A DNA stretch of 64,000 nt from Candidatus Omnitrophota bacterium (GCA_023247445.1 JAHFGL010000002.1:64553-128552), one strand, 5' to 3'; shown: positions 28,019-38,059, counted from the first letter of the stretch. Translations and numbers: made by a program. Notes: a model not told the origin generated them from the sequence alone.

Positions 28019-28585
28019 ATGAGCGCTAACCTTAAGAAAAATAAAATTTGGTTATTCTTCAAACGATTGTTTATTGTTTTTACTTTGCTAGTATTTTTGT
28101 GCGGATTTTTAAGTTGGTATGCAATCACGCATTTGATGGACAGTAAAGAGCCACGCGTTTGTTTTTTGTATACGCAGAAATATCCTTTTCCCGATATTTT
28201 ATTTAAGATAAGTGCGGTTCCCTTGGCGCTAACTTCTTATGTTGTTTACAGAAAAGATGTTTTTAAGATTGATGCCCTGCGTTGGCCTAGAGTTTTGGAA
28301 GCCTTTAAGAAGGCCGAGTTTCTTATTATCGGAACACATGGTGAGAATGGTGATTTTCTGACGGATGACAATGTTTGGATCCAACCCAATGGTGAGATTC
28401 ATCCACAGCTTAAATTTCTTTATTTTGGTTCGTGCGATATTGGGAGAAAGCAAGCACAGTGGCAACGCAAGTTTCCTCAAGCAACCCTCAAAAGCGTTAA
28501 TCGCCTTTATAATCCAAAAGAAGGCGGAGTCTACATGGTGTTTCAGTCAAGTCTCGATCTTATTCGAATGAAAATGACAAAGTAA
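28019..28585 (+). CDS. hypothetical membrane-anchored protein
   Basis: ORF with N-terminal hydrophobic helix (LFFKRLFIVFTLLVFLCGFLSWYAI); start chosen after AddB stop. Confidence 0.35.
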   Translation: MSANLKKNKIWLFFKRLFIVFTLLVFLCGFLSWYAITHLMDSKEPRVCFLYTQKYPFPDILFKISAVPLALTSYVVYRKDVFKIDALRWPRVLEAFKKAEFLIIGTHGENGDFLTDDNVWIQPNGEIHPQLKFLYFGSCDIGRKQAQWQRKFPQATLKSVNRLYNPKEGGVYMVFQSSLDLIRMKMTK

Positions 28586-30246
28586 TGAAAACAACTTTCT
28601 TCCCATCCATAGTCCGGCAAAAAATAACCGTATTGGTTTTTATTCTTCTGATCACATTCTTTGCTTTTTATCCATCGCTACGAAATGGTTTCTTCAATTG
28701 GGATGACTCAGCTTATCTAACAGAAAATGAAACGATCAGATCACTTGCGCCTGAAAATATTCATCGGATGTTTTCTGCGCCCGTTCAAAAGACGTATGTT
28801 CCGTTGACACTGGTGTCATATGCCATCGAGTACCATTTCTTTAAATACAATCCATTTGTTTATCACTTCAACAATTTATTTTTACATCTGAGTGTTGTCG
28901 CGCTCATTTTTGTATTTGCTCTGCAATGCGGACTTTCCTTGATGGCCGCAAGTTGCGCTGCTCTTTTGTTTGGCATTCACCCCATGCATGTCGAGTCTGT
29001 GGTCTGGGTAACGGAACGAAAAGATCTTCTGTATGCGCTTTTTTATATGCTAGCGCTGTGTTGTTATTGGAAATATTTAAAGTCGCGGCATCTGGGGACT
29101 TATTTTTTAACAATTGTCTTTGGGCTTTTGAGCATTTTGGCCAAACCCATGGCCCTTAGCTTGCCGTTGGTTTTATTTGTTTGCGACTGGTTATATAAGA
29201 GAAAGTTTGATCGTTGGTTGTTCATCGATAAATTGCCACATTTGTTTTATATTGTTCCGATTGCGTGGATGACATACAGCTTGCATGCGCGCGTGCCAGG
29301 ACACAACTTTTCCGACGGGATTTTGATCTGGATATGGACGTTTACCTTTTATCTGCAGAAATTTATTTGGCCCAGCGTTATTATTCTTCCGTATCAATTA
29401 CCAAAGCCTATTGACTTGTTTTCTGTCCCGTATTTGTCAGCGATTAGTTTGTTGTTTATGGTTTTGTTTTTATTGCTTTCTTTAAGAAAAAATCGCTGGA
29501 TTGTCTTTGCCTTTTTATTTTATTTTGTCTCAATATTTTTTCTCCTTAGATACGATGATCTTAAAGATGCGCACATCGTGGCCAATCGGTTCATGTATTT
29601 GCCAAGTTTAGGAATTTGTTTTCTTTTTGGTGCGATTATTGATGGGCTGATCAGAAAGCAAAAGTACGTAACGATGATCGCGGTCATCTTTTTGATAGGA
29701 ATCCTAGGGGCAAAGACATATTTTCTAACCACGAAGTGGAAAGACAGTTGGACTTGGTGGAATTATGTTTTAAAACAATCGCCTAATGAAGAGAAGGCCT
29801 ATTCGAGTCGTGGGATGGTTTATGCGGCAAACAAAGAATACAGCTTCGCACTAGCGGATTATGACAAGGCCCTGCAACTAAATCCTGATTATGCGGTTGC
29901 TTATTATAACCGCGGAAATATATATCGCGATCAAGGCCATTATGATTTAGCTATTTCTGATTATACAAAGGCCATCGAAAATGATCCTTCACGTGTCGAT
30001 TTTTATCAAAATCGGGCTGCGTGTTATTTTAAAAAGGAAGAGTTTGATCTAGCTGAAAAAGATTTGACCATGGCAATAACCGTTGATCCACATTACGCCA
30101 AGTCTTATTACAATCGATCTATTCTGTATCAGACAAAAAATGATTTTAAAAAAGCGTTGGCTGATGCCTTACAGGCAAAGTTTCTTGGTTATCCCAAAAT
30201 TGATGATCGCTATATCTCTGAATTAAAAGTTCGCGCAGGATTGTAG
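28585..30246 (+). CDS. polytopic membrane protein with C-terminal TPR repeats (PMT/GT39-like N-terminus)
   Basis: ~10 TM helices followed by 5-6 TPR units (AYYNRGNIYRDQGHYDLAISDYTKAIENDP etc.). Confidence 0.65.
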   Translation: MKTTFFPSIVRQKITVLVFILLITFFAFYPSLRNGFFNWDDSAYLTENETIRSLAPENIHRMFSAPVQKTYVPLTLVSYAIEYHFFKYNPFVYHFNNLFLHLSVVALIFVFALQCGLSLMAASCAALLFGIHPMHVESVVWVTERKDLLYALFYMLALCCYWKYLKSRHLGTYFLTIVFGLLSILAKPMALSLPLVLFVCDWLYKRKFDRWLFIDKLPHLFYIVPIAWMTYSLHARVPGHNFSDGILIWIWTFTFYLQKFIWPSVIILPYQLPKPIDLFSVPYLSAISLLFMVLFLLLSLRKNRWIVFAFLFYFVSIFFLLRYDDLKDAHIVANRFMYLPSLGICFLFGAIIDGLIRKQKYVTMIAVIFLIGILGAKTYFLTTKWKDSWTWWNYVLKQSPNEEKAYSSRGMVYAANKEYSFALADYDKALQLNPDYAVAYYNRGNIYRDQGHYDLAISDYTKAIENDPSRVDFYQNRAACYFKKEEFDLAEKDLTMAITVDPHYAKSYYNRSILYQTKNDFKKALADALQAKFLGYPKIDDRYISELKVRAGL

Positions 30247-30418
30247 TTTTTGGATCAAAGGTTAAGACAATTCATTGACTACAAAAATCATTTATGTTAT
30301 CCCTCGTTTCATTAAATTTGTAATATTTAAAGTAAATTTAGTTTGAGAAAGGCGAGGGATAATACCGCGCTCTTCTAAAATTAAATATTGCAAATATTTT
30401 GAAGCGCGGTATAGTTTA

Positions 30419-31114
30419 TTGCCCATGATTAAGGATAATGTTTTACGTGTTAAAGACCAGGTTGCTGCCGTTTGTAAACGCATTGGCCGCGATCCTCATG
30501 AGGTGACGGTTGTTGCGGTCACCAAGTATGCCGAGGCGCCTTTGATGAAGGAAGCCGTGGATGCTGGACTTACTGTTGTTGGTGAAAATCGTGTCCAGGA
30601 GGTAGAGCGGAAATTTCCGCAGCTGGATGCGATGAACGTCAAGGTTTCGAAACATTTGATTGGGCATCTGCAGACCAATAAAGTTAAGCTGGCGCTGCAA
30701 TATTGTGATCTTATCCAATCGGTCGATAGTTTTAAATTAGCCCAAGAGATCGAAAAACAAGCCGCCAAAATTAATCGTAACATGGATATTTTTGTGCAGG
30801 TGAGCACCTCAGGTGAGGAGCAAAAATTTGGAGTTGAACATGTTGAGGCGATCGCGCTCGTTGAAGAGATTGCAAAGCTCCCGCATGTTTTTATTAAGGG
30901 TTTGATGACGATGGCGCCGCTAACGGAAGATAAGGAAATTGTTCGAAAGTGCTTTCGAGATCTGCGGATTATTCGTGATGAACTTAAGAATAAGTTTTCT
31001 AACTCAGATAAGATTCAGATGAAATATTTATCTATGGGTATGTCATCGGATTATGAAATTGCACTTGAAGAAGGATCGAATATGCTTCGTATTGGTTCGG
31101 CTATTTTTAAATAG
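30419..31114 (+). CDS. yggS: YggS-family pyridoxal-phosphate homeostasis protein
   Basis: AVTKYAE...HLIGHLQTNKVK...MAPLT.. pattern of COG0325; 231 aa. Confidence 0.85.
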   Translation: MPMIKDNVLRVKDQVAAVCKRIGRDPHEVTVVAVTKYAEAPLMKEAVDAGLTVVGENRVQEVERKFPQLDAMNVKVSKHLIGHLQTNKVKLALQYCDLIQSVDSFKLAQEIEKQAAKINRNMDIFVQVSTSGEEQKFGVEHVEAIALVEEIAKLPHVFIKGLMTMAPLTEDKEIVRKCFRDLRIIRDELKNKFSNSDKIQMKYLSMGMSSDYEIALEEGSNMLRIGSAIFK

Positions 31115-31123
31115 GATATAAAA

Positions 31124-31912
31124 ATGAAGAATAAAATTAGTATCATCGGTGGCGGAAATATGGGTACGGCGATTTTAAGCGGGATCCAAAGAAAATTTGC
31201 TGTGTCTATTTGTGAAAAAGATGCCAAGCGCGGCCAATATTTAAAGAAGAAATTTAAAGTTGCAGTTGATGACGTACAATCGGTGGTCACTAAATCGGGT
31301 GTCATTATTTTGGCGGTTAAGCCGCAGGACTTTGATCAGATTTTAGCGGAAGTTCGGCCATTTATTAACAAAGATAAACTTGTTATCTCAATCGCGGCTG
31401 GGATTCCAACGCTATATATAGAGAAGAGACTTGGGGCAAAGGTCAGAGTGATTCGCACAATGCCAAATTTGCCAGCGCAAATTGGTGAAGGGATGACCGG
31501 AATTTGTAAGGGAAAATGGGCGAGTAGTGCTGACTTAAGTTTGGCTTGTAAGATTTTTAACAATATCGGACAAACGGTTATCGTAGAAGAGAAATGGATT
31601 GATGCGATCACAGCCGTTTCGGGCAGCGGTCCGGCGTACGTATTTCTTTTTGTCGAATGCTTTATCAAAGCCGCGCGGGCATTAGGGTTTGATGAAAAAC
31701 AAAGTAAGCAATTGGTTGCGCAGACCATTCATGGAAGTTTGAATTTGCTAGAGAGCCAAAATGAAGAGGCGGGTGTTTTGCGCAGTCGTGTGACGTCCAA
31801 AGGGGGAACAACGCAGGCCGCGATGGATGTGTTTTTTAGACGAGATATTGAGGGAATTTTTGTTGAGGCGCTGACGGCCGCTCAACATAGAGCTAAGCAG
31901 CTATCTAAGTAA
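31124..31912 (+). CDS. proC: pyrroline-5-carboxylate reductase
   Basis: N-terminal Rossmann IIGGGNMGTAIL, C-terminal P5CR dimerisation domain (SKGGTTQAAM). Confidence 0.85.
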   Translation: MKNKISIIGGGNMGTAILSGIQRKFAVSICEKDAKRGQYLKKKFKVAVDDVQSVVTKSGVIILAVKPQDFDQILAEVRPFINKDKLVISIAAGIPTLYIEKRLGAKVRVIRTMPNLPAQIGEGMTGICKGKWASSADLSLACKIFNNIGQTVIVEEKWIDAITAVSGSGPAYVFLFVECFIKAARALGFDEKQSKQLVAQTIHGSLNLLESQNEEAGVLRSRVTSKGGTTQAAMDVFFRRDIEGIFVEALTAAQHRAKQLSK

Positions 31913-31913
31913 A

Positions 31914-31965
31914 TGTCATCCCCGTGAAAACGGAGATCTAGATACCCGCTTTCGCGGGTATGACA
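31914..31965. repeat. palindromic structured repeat, copy (tgtcatccccgtgaaaacggagatc...acccgctttcgcgggtatgaca)
   Basis: termini tgtcat/atgaca with two internal hairpins. Confidence 0.7.
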
Positions 31966-31984
31966 GAATATAGGAGAATGTGAA

Positions 31985-32845
31985 ATGAGTAAAGTCGGTA
32001 TCATCGGTGGCAGCGGACTCTACGACATCGAAGGAATAAAGAATATTAAAGAGAAGGAAGTTAAGACTCCTTTTGGTGATCCTTCTGATAAATATATTAC
32101 GGGGACGCTTGAAGGCGTTGATGTTGTTTTCTTGCCGCGACATGGCAAAGGGCATCGTATCTCACCAAGCGAAATTAATTATCGAGCCAATATTTTTGGA
32201 ATGAAAAGTTTAGGCGTTGACGCGATTCTTTCTGTTTCAGCTTGTGGAAGTTTACGACGAAAGATGCAACCGATGGATTTTGTCGTTCCTGATCAATTTG
32301 TTGATCGTACGAATCATGCCCGCGAGATGACATTTTTTTCTGGCGGAATTGTGGCGCATGTGGCCTTAGCTGATCCGATTTCATCGGAATTGGCGAAAAT
32401 TTTAATTGATGCTGGGAAGAAAGTGGGCGTTACGATTCATCCCAAGGGCACATATATTAATATGGAAGGCCCGCAATTTTCGACGAAAGCGGAATCGAAT
32501 CTTTATCGCAGCTGGGGCATGGATATTATTGGGATGACGAATATGGGCGAGGCAAAGCTCGCGCGTGAAGCTGAGATTTCTTATGCGACGCTCGCCGCTG
32601 TGACTGATTACGATTGTTGGCATGAGTCGCATGAATCGGTGACATTGGAAATGATTCTCAATAACCTTAATAAAAATGTCGCTAACTCAAAAGCGATTTT
32701 AAAACTCGCGATCCCACAGATTGGGAAGCTTAAGAAATTTAGTGCCCAGGGCGCTTTGCAATTTGCGATTGTTACAAATCGAGATTTGATTCCAGCGAAG
32801 GTGAAGAAGGATTTAGAGCCGATTATTGGAAAATATATTAAGTAG
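31985..32845 (+). CDS. mtnP: S-methyl-5'-thioadenosine / purine nucleoside phosphorylase
   Basis: VGIIGGSGLYDI...PFG.PSD...VVFLPRHGKGHRI.PSEINYRANIF signature of MTAP/PNP family. Confidence 0.8.
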   Translation: MSKVGIIGGSGLYDIEGIKNIKEKEVKTPFGDPSDKYITGTLEGVDVVFLPRHGKGHRISPSEINYRANIFGMKSLGVDAILSVSACGSLRRKMQPMDFVVPDQFVDRTNHAREMTFFSGGIVAHVALADPISSELAKILIDAGKKVGVTIHPKGTYINMEGPQFSTKAESNLYRSWGMDIIGMTNMGEAKLAREAEISYATLAAVTDYDCWHESHESVTLEMILNNLNKNVANSKAILKLAIPQIGKLKKFSAQGALQFAIVTNRDLIPAKVKKDLEPIIGKYIK

Positions 32846-32900
32846 GTTATGGGGAATAGGGTATAGGTGCTAGTTGAAGTTATTTTAACTAAAATCTTTT

Positions 32901-32932
32901 AAACCCTAAACCCTAAATCCTAAACCCTAAAA
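32901..32932. repeat. four tandem telomere-like heptads (CCCTAAA CCCTAAA TCCTAAA CCCTAAA) immediately upstream of ileS start
   Basis: aaaccctaaaccctaaatcctaaaccctaaaa directly abuts ATG 32933; no Shine-Dalgarno. Confidence 0.8.
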
Positions 32933-35746
32933 ATGGATTATCAGAAAACACTTAACTTGCCCCAAACCGACTTTGCGATGAAGGCAAATCTTGCCCAACG
33001 TGAACCACTTCTTTTAGAGAAGTGGAACAAAGAAGGTTTGTATGATGCCATTAAGAAAAAGTCCGCCGGCAAAAAGAAATTTACGCTGCATGACGGCCCA
33101 CCGTATGCCAATGGTAATATCCATATTGGCCATGCTTTAAATAAAATTTTAAAAGATATGATTGTTAAAGTGCGCACCATGCAAGGCTACGACAGCCATT
33201 ATGTTCCGGGCTGGGATTGTCATGGGTTGCCGATTGAGCATCAGCTTTTAAAAGACTTAAAGAAAAGAAAGTCCGATGTTGATTGCGTTGAGTTTCGAAA
33301 GCAAGCGCATGATTATGCGATGAAATACGTCGGCATTCAGCGTGATCAATTTAAGCGTTTGGGTATTCTGGGCGAATGGGATCATCCGTATCTGACACTT
33401 TCGCATGATTATGAATATTGGATTTTAAAATCGCTCGAGGCGCTTAATAGCAAAGGCTATGTTTATCGTGGATTAAAGCCGGTCAATTGGTGCTTTAGCT
33501 GTGAGACCGCGCTCGCTGAGGCCGAAGTCGAATACGAAGATCACAGCTCGCCGTCGGTTTATGTGAAGTTTGAAGTGAATAATAAAAAAGTTATTGAAGG
33601 CCTGCCGGATAAAAAATTATCGCTTCTTATTTGGACGACAACACCGTGGACGCTTATGGCGAACGTCGCGGTTAGTGTTCATTCTAGCTTTAAATATTCT
33701 TTAGTCGACATCGGTGATGAAATTCTCGTCATTGAAAGCAGCTTATTAGACGCGGTTCTTGCCAAAGCCAATATTACAAACTTTAAAATTTTAAAAGAAG
33801 TTAGTGGTGAGCAATTAACAAAGTTTTTGTATAAACATCCATTTGGATTGCGGGAAAATTGTCGAGTTGTTTTGGCTGATTATGTAACCAAAGAAGACGG
33901 CACCGGTTTAGTTCACACGGCCCCTGGTCATGGACAAGAAGATTTTCGAACAGGACAAGCGAATAAATTAGAAGTTATCATGCCCGTCAATGGCCGCGGG
34001 ATTTATACCGAGCAGGCAGGGGTTTATGCTGGCGAACATGTTTTAAAGGCAAACGATAAGATTATTGAAGATTTGAAACAAAAGGGTGTGCTTCTTGCGA
34101 CGGAAAAAATAAATCATTCATATCCACATTGCTGGCGATGCAAAAATCCAATTATCTTTCGCGCGACCGAACAATGGTTTATGAATGTTGATCATAATGA
34201 TCTGCGTAGCAAGATTAAAGATATTATCAAGCGCGATGTGAAATGGATTCCAGAGGCGGGAGAAGAACGCATTTTAGGAATGATTGTCACGCGTCCTGAT
34301 TGGTGTTTGTCTCGTCAGCGATATTGGGGTGTTCCGATTCCGGCGCTCGATTGTAAGACGTGCAAAGAGCATAAATTATTTTCAGAAGTCATTGATAGCT
34401 TCGCTTCCGTTGTCAAAACGCAGGGAACCAATGCCTGGTTTGAAAAAGATGTGAAAGAGCTTTTGCCGAAAGATTTTGTTTGCCCCAAGTGTAAGAAAAA
34501 TGATTTTGAAAAGACATTTGATATCCTTGATGTCTGGTTTGATTCAGGCGTCAGTCATCAGGCGGTTGTTAAGGCGATGTTGGGCGAAGAGATTCCAACG
34601 AACATGTATTTGGAAGGGTCGGATCAGCATCGTGGATGGTTTCAATCTTCGCTTATCCCAGCGGTTGCCATCGAAGGTAAGGCCCCGTTTAAAGAAGTTT
34701 TAACGCATGGATTTGTTGTTGATGGCCAAGGACGCAAGATGTCGAAGTCTCTGGGCAATGTTGTTTCGCCACATGACATCATCAAAGATTGTGGCGCGGA
34801 CATCTTGCGTTTGTGGGTGGCCTCAAGTTCGTACAACGAAGATATCCGTATCTCCAAGGAAATCTTGGATCGATTAATTGATGCGTATCGTAAGATCCGT
34901 AATACATTCCGTTATCTATTAAGTAATCTGTCTGGCTTTAACCCCGCCACGGATTTGCTCGATTATTCAAAGCTTTTAGATATTGATAAGCGGGCGCTGT
35001 ATCATTTATCGCTGATGTTGGAAGAGGTTGAGCAGCAATATAATGCGTATGAGTTTGCGCAGGTGTATAAGAGCATTTATAGCTTTTTTAATGAAGAGCT
35101 CTCCAGCTTTTATCTTGACATCCTAAAAGATCGCCTGTATACTTCACCCGCTCAATCTCAGGAAAGACGTTCGGCACAGACTGTTCTTTATTATATTCTC
35201 AATTATGTCGTCAGGGTTCTAGCTCCGATTTTGAGTTTCACATGCGATGAAGTTTTCGCGAGCATGCCCAAAGACGATGACATCAAAAATATCCCAAGCG
35301 TTCATCTTTTGCCGTTACTTTCGATTCCCAAAGAATGGAAAGACAATAGTTTCGATGAACGGTTTAAAACTTTGATCAGTTTAAGGCCGTATGTTTTAAA
35401 GGCTTTGGAAGATAAACGTCGTAGCGGAGAGATTGGTGGGGCGCTGGAAGCAAAAGTTGTTTTTGAAACGGCCAGTGACCGTGATTTTGATTATTTGAGC
35501 GCCAATAAAGAAATTCTTTTATCTATATTTATTGTTTCGCAGGCAGAAATTAGTCGTGCTTCGCAAGTAACTCAAGGCTTAAGCGAAGAGTTTACGCAAA
35601 CAAGTATTGTCATTAAAAAGGCCGATGGCCAAAAGTGTAGTCGGTGTTGGAATTATAAAATGGATGTTGGTCAAGATAACGAGCATCCGAGCCTTTGTGG
35701 TCGGTGTACATCAATTGTAAAGGAGCTTGTTCATGGTGCAAGTTAA
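32933..35746 (+). CDS. ileS: isoleucyl-tRNA synthetase (type 1, with C-terminal zinc finger)
   Basis: HIGH motif PYANGNIHIGHALN, KMSKS, C-terminal CSRCWNY...CGRC. Confidence 0.95.
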   Translation: MDYQKTLNLPQTDFAMKANLAQREPLLLEKWNKEGLYDAIKKKSAGKKKFTLHDGPPYANGNIHIGHALNKILKDMIVKVRTMQGYDSHYVPGWDCHGLPIEHQLLKDLKKRKSDVDCVEFRKQAHDYAMKYVGIQRDQFKRLGILGEWDHPYLTLSHDYEYWILKSLEALNSKGYVYRGLKPVNWCFSCETALAEAEVEYEDHSSPSVYVKFEVNNKKVIEGLPDKKLSLLIWTTTPWTLMANVAVSVHSSFKYSLVDIGDEILVIESSLLDAVLAKANITNFKILKEVSGEQLTKFLYKHPFGLRENCRVVLADYVTKEDGTGLVHTAPGHGQEDFRTGQANKLEVIMPVNGRGIYTEQAGVYAGEHVLKANDKIIEDLKQKGVLLATEKINHSYPHCWRCKNPIIFRATEQWFMNVDHNDLRSKIKDIIKRDVKWIPEAGEERILGMIVTRPDWCLSRQRYWGVPIPALDCKTCKEHKLFSEVIDSFASVVKTQGTNAWFEKDVKELLPKDFVCPKCKKNDFEKTFDILDVWFDSGVSHQAVVKAMLGEEIPTNMYLEGSDQHRGWFQSSLIPAVAIEGKAPFKEVLTHGFVVDGQGRKMSKSLGNVVSPHDIIKDCGADILRLWVASSSYNEDIRISKEILDRLIDAYRKIRNTFRYLLSNLSGFNPATDLLDYSKLLDIDKRALYHLSLMLEEVEQQYNAYEFAQVYKSIYSFFNEELSSFYLDILKDRLYTSPAQSQERRSAQTVLYYILNYVVRVLAPILSFTCDEVFASMPKDDDIKNIPSVHLLPLLSIPKEWKDNSFDERFKTLISLRPYVLKALEDKRRSGEIGGALEAKVVFETASDRDFDYLSANKEILLSIFIVSQAEISRASQVTQGLSEEFTQTSIVIKKADGQKCSRCWNYKMDVGQDNEHPSLCGRCTSIVKELVHGAS

Positions 35747-36116
35747 GTTAGATAAGAAAAAATTAGAACATTACAAGAAGCTTCTTTTGAAGTTAAAGGA
35801 AAAATTTTCTCATGACATTAATAATATGTCCAAGAATTCCGGTGGACAGGATTCCGATATTGAAGAAAATGCTGGCCATGTTCAGCATATGGCGGATGTT
35901 GCAACAGACATGTATGATCGTGAATTTAATTTAGGGTTAGCTTCGAATGAACGTGAAGTTCTTCATAAGATTGAAGTCGCATTAAAGAAGATCGCGGATA
36001 AATCTTACGGATTATGTGAGGACTGCAAGAAATCAATTGCGGCGGCACGGTTAAATGCCATTCCTTACGTAGAAACCTGTTTAAAGTGTCAAGAAAAACT
36101 TGAATCGCAAAAATGA
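35727..36116 (+). CDS. DksA/TraR-family C4 zinc-finger protein
   Basis: CEDCKKSI...CLKCQ four-cysteine finger at C-terminus, coiled-coil N-terminus. Confidence 0.7.
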   Translation: MFMVQVKLDKKKLEHYKKLLLKLKEKFSHDINNMSKNSGGQDSDIEENAGHVQHMADVATDMYDREFNLGLASNEREVLHKIEVALKKIADKSYGLCEDCKKSIAAARLNAIPYVETCLKCQEKLESQK

Positions 36117-36595
36117 GAGATCTTGTTCGATCTCAGATTGACATCTTTCTTTCGCTGCTTACAACGTTTTCTGTTGTCCTCATTGACCGCATCACAAAAG
36201 TTTTCTTTTCTGATTTGCTTTTCTACGGAGAATCGCTACCGATCATTAGCAATGTTTTGCACATGACGTTGATTCATAATACAGGGATTGCTTTTGGCCT
36301 ATTTAAAGACCAAGGTATCGTATTTATCATTATTCCCGTCATCGCCATTGTTCTTCTTGTTTTTAACATTCAGTATTATCGACAAAATAATGAAGCTTTA
36401 AGCCGGGTCTATATCGTTGCTTTTTCTCTTATATTAGGAGGAGCTATTGGTAATTTAATTGATCGGATTGCCTTTGGTTATGTTATCGACTTTATTGATT
36501 TTCGTGTTTGGCCAGTTTTTAATATCGCGGATAGTGCGATCACTATTGGTGCTGTCATGATAGGACTCAAATGTTTCCGGTTATCTTCAAAATAG
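36113..36595 (+). CDS. lspA: lipoprotein signal peptidase II
   Basis: NTGIAFGLF and FNIADSAITIG motifs; classic ileS-lspA linkage. Confidence 0.85.
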   Translation: MRDLVRSQIDIFLSLLTTFSVVLIDRITKVFFSDLLFYGESLPIISNVLHMTLIHNTGIAFGLFKDQGIVFIIIPVIAIVLLVFNIQYYRQNNEALSRVYIVAFSLILGGAIGNLIDRIAFGYVIDFIDFRVWPVFNIADSAITIGAVMIGLKCFRLSSK

Positions 36596-37329
36596 GTTCC
36601 TATTCAATTTATTCTTATGGCTTCATGTTAATTGTTGCCATTGCTCTTTGTATGCTGCTGTTTTATCGGGATGCCCGATCAGATGGGTTATCTAATAATA
36701 TTATTTTTAGTTTGGTCTCAGGTGTCCTTCTATGGAATATTTTAGGCGCACGCATTCTTTATTTATTACTTCATGTTGAAGATTTTTTAAGTCATCCATT
36801 AAAAATATTTATGGTTTACGATGGAGGATTTAATTGGCAGGGCGGATTTGTTGCAGGATGTGTCGCCGGTCTTTGGTTGACGAAGGTTAAGAATTTATCA
36901 TTCCCGAGAATGGCTGATTTGGTTGCACCTTATTATGCTTTGGGTGTCGCGGTTGCTCGCATTGGATGTTTTTTGAATGGATGTTGTTTCGGGAAGGAAG
37001 TTAGTTGGGGCGTGTATTGTCCGGTCTACAAAGCAACTTATATTCCGCTTCAACTTTATTATAGTGTCAGCCTTTTTATTCTTTATTGTTTTTTAAAATA
37101 TTATCAAAAGAAGTCCACGTTCCCGGGCCAAGTTTTTGTTTTATTTCTGATTTTGGATTCATTACTTAGGTTTTGTTTAGATTTTGTAAGTTTAGGATAT
37201 CATCCAATCTATCTTAAATTAAGTATCTATCAATGGATTACATTAAGTATTATAATAACGGCTATTATTCTTTACTTTTATTTTAAAAAGCGAAACGAAA
37301 GAGAAACCAATGTTTCCAGTCATTTGTAA
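36571..37329 (+). CDS. lgt: prolipoprotein diacylglyceryl transferase, copy 1
   Basis: MFPVIFKIGSYSIYSYGFM..., YDGGFNWQGGFVAG, ARIGCFLNGCCFGK (Lgt signature region). Confidence 0.8.
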   Translation: MFPVIFKIGSYSIYSYGFMLIVAIALCMLLFYRDARSDGLSNNIIFSLVSGVLLWNILGARILYLLLHVEDFLSHPLKIFMVYDGGFNWQGGFVAGCVAGLWLTKVKNLSFPRMADLVAPYYALGVAVARIGCFLNGCCFGKEVSWGVYCPVYKATYIPLQLYYSVSLFILYCFLKYYQKKSTFPGQVFVLFLILDSLLRFCLDFVSLGYHPIYLKLSIYQWITLSIIITAIILYFYFKKRNERETNVSSHL

Positions 37330-38059
37330 GATAGGCCCTGTAACTCTTTATTCATATGGTTTGATGCTGGCGATCGCTGTCATTGTCTGTAGCTTTATGG
37401 CGAGTCGGGATGCCAGAGCCGTTGGGATTAAAAGTGAACTCGTCCTTGACTTTATTTTCTGGCTCGTTTTTGCGGGAATTCTTGGGGCACGGCTATTTTA
37501 TATCGCTATTAATTTTAATTATTTTCGTGAGAATCCTTTAGAGATTATTATGATTCAGCATGGCGGCCTGGCCTGGCAGGGAGGATTTGTTTGTGCGACT
37601 CTTTCTAGCTTTTGGTTTACGCGTAAACATCGTTTATCGTGGCTGCAAATGGCTGATTTAATGGCGCCGTATATTGCCTTAGGCCAAGCGATTGGCCGTA
37701 TTGGTTGTTTTTTAAACGGTTGTTGTTATGGAAAGAAAATAATAAACAATGTTTTTCCATTGTTTAAGAATTCTTCTCTTCATCCCACGCAGCTGTATTT
37801 ATTCATCGGGCTTTTTACGATTTTTATTATTCTTAAACGTTATCAAAAAGCTGCGAAAATCCCTGGAGAAGTTTTTGTCTTATTTATGATTCTTGAACCT
37901 ATGTTAAGATTTTTTATTGAGTTTGTTCGGGCCGATCATGATGTTATTTACCGGGGTTTGAGTATCTATCAAATTGTTTGTTTAATCTTTATTTCGGTTG
38001 CTATTTATGTCTACACACGTCTTAAAAGTCGAGCCGCCAAGCATAAATCAGCGTCTTGA
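37310..38059 (+). CDS. lgt: prolipoprotein diacylglyceryl transferase, copy 2 (tandem paralog)
   Basis: MFPVICKIGPVTLYSYGLM..., QHGGLAWQGGFVCA, GRIGCFLNGCCYGK. Confidence 0.8.
   Translation: MFPVICKIGPVTLYSYGLMLAIAVIVCSFMASRDARAVGIKSELVLDFIFWLVFAGILGARLFYIAINFNYFRENPLEIIMIQHGGLAWQGGFVCATLSSFWFTRKHRLSWLQMADLMAPYIALGQAIGRIGCFLNGCCYGKKIINNVFPLFKNSSLHPTQLYLFIGLFTIFIILKRYQKAAKIPGEVFVLFMILEPMLRFFIEFVRADHDVIYRGLSIYQIVCLIFISVAIYVYTRLKSRAAKHKSAS

Noticed and set aside
32901-32932. CRISPR array or genuine telomere from the CCCTAAA repeats
   Set aside because: Only four 7-nt units without spacers. No cas genes. The context is a bacterial ileS leader, so interpreted as short tandem heptads, not CRISPR or a eukaryotic telomere.
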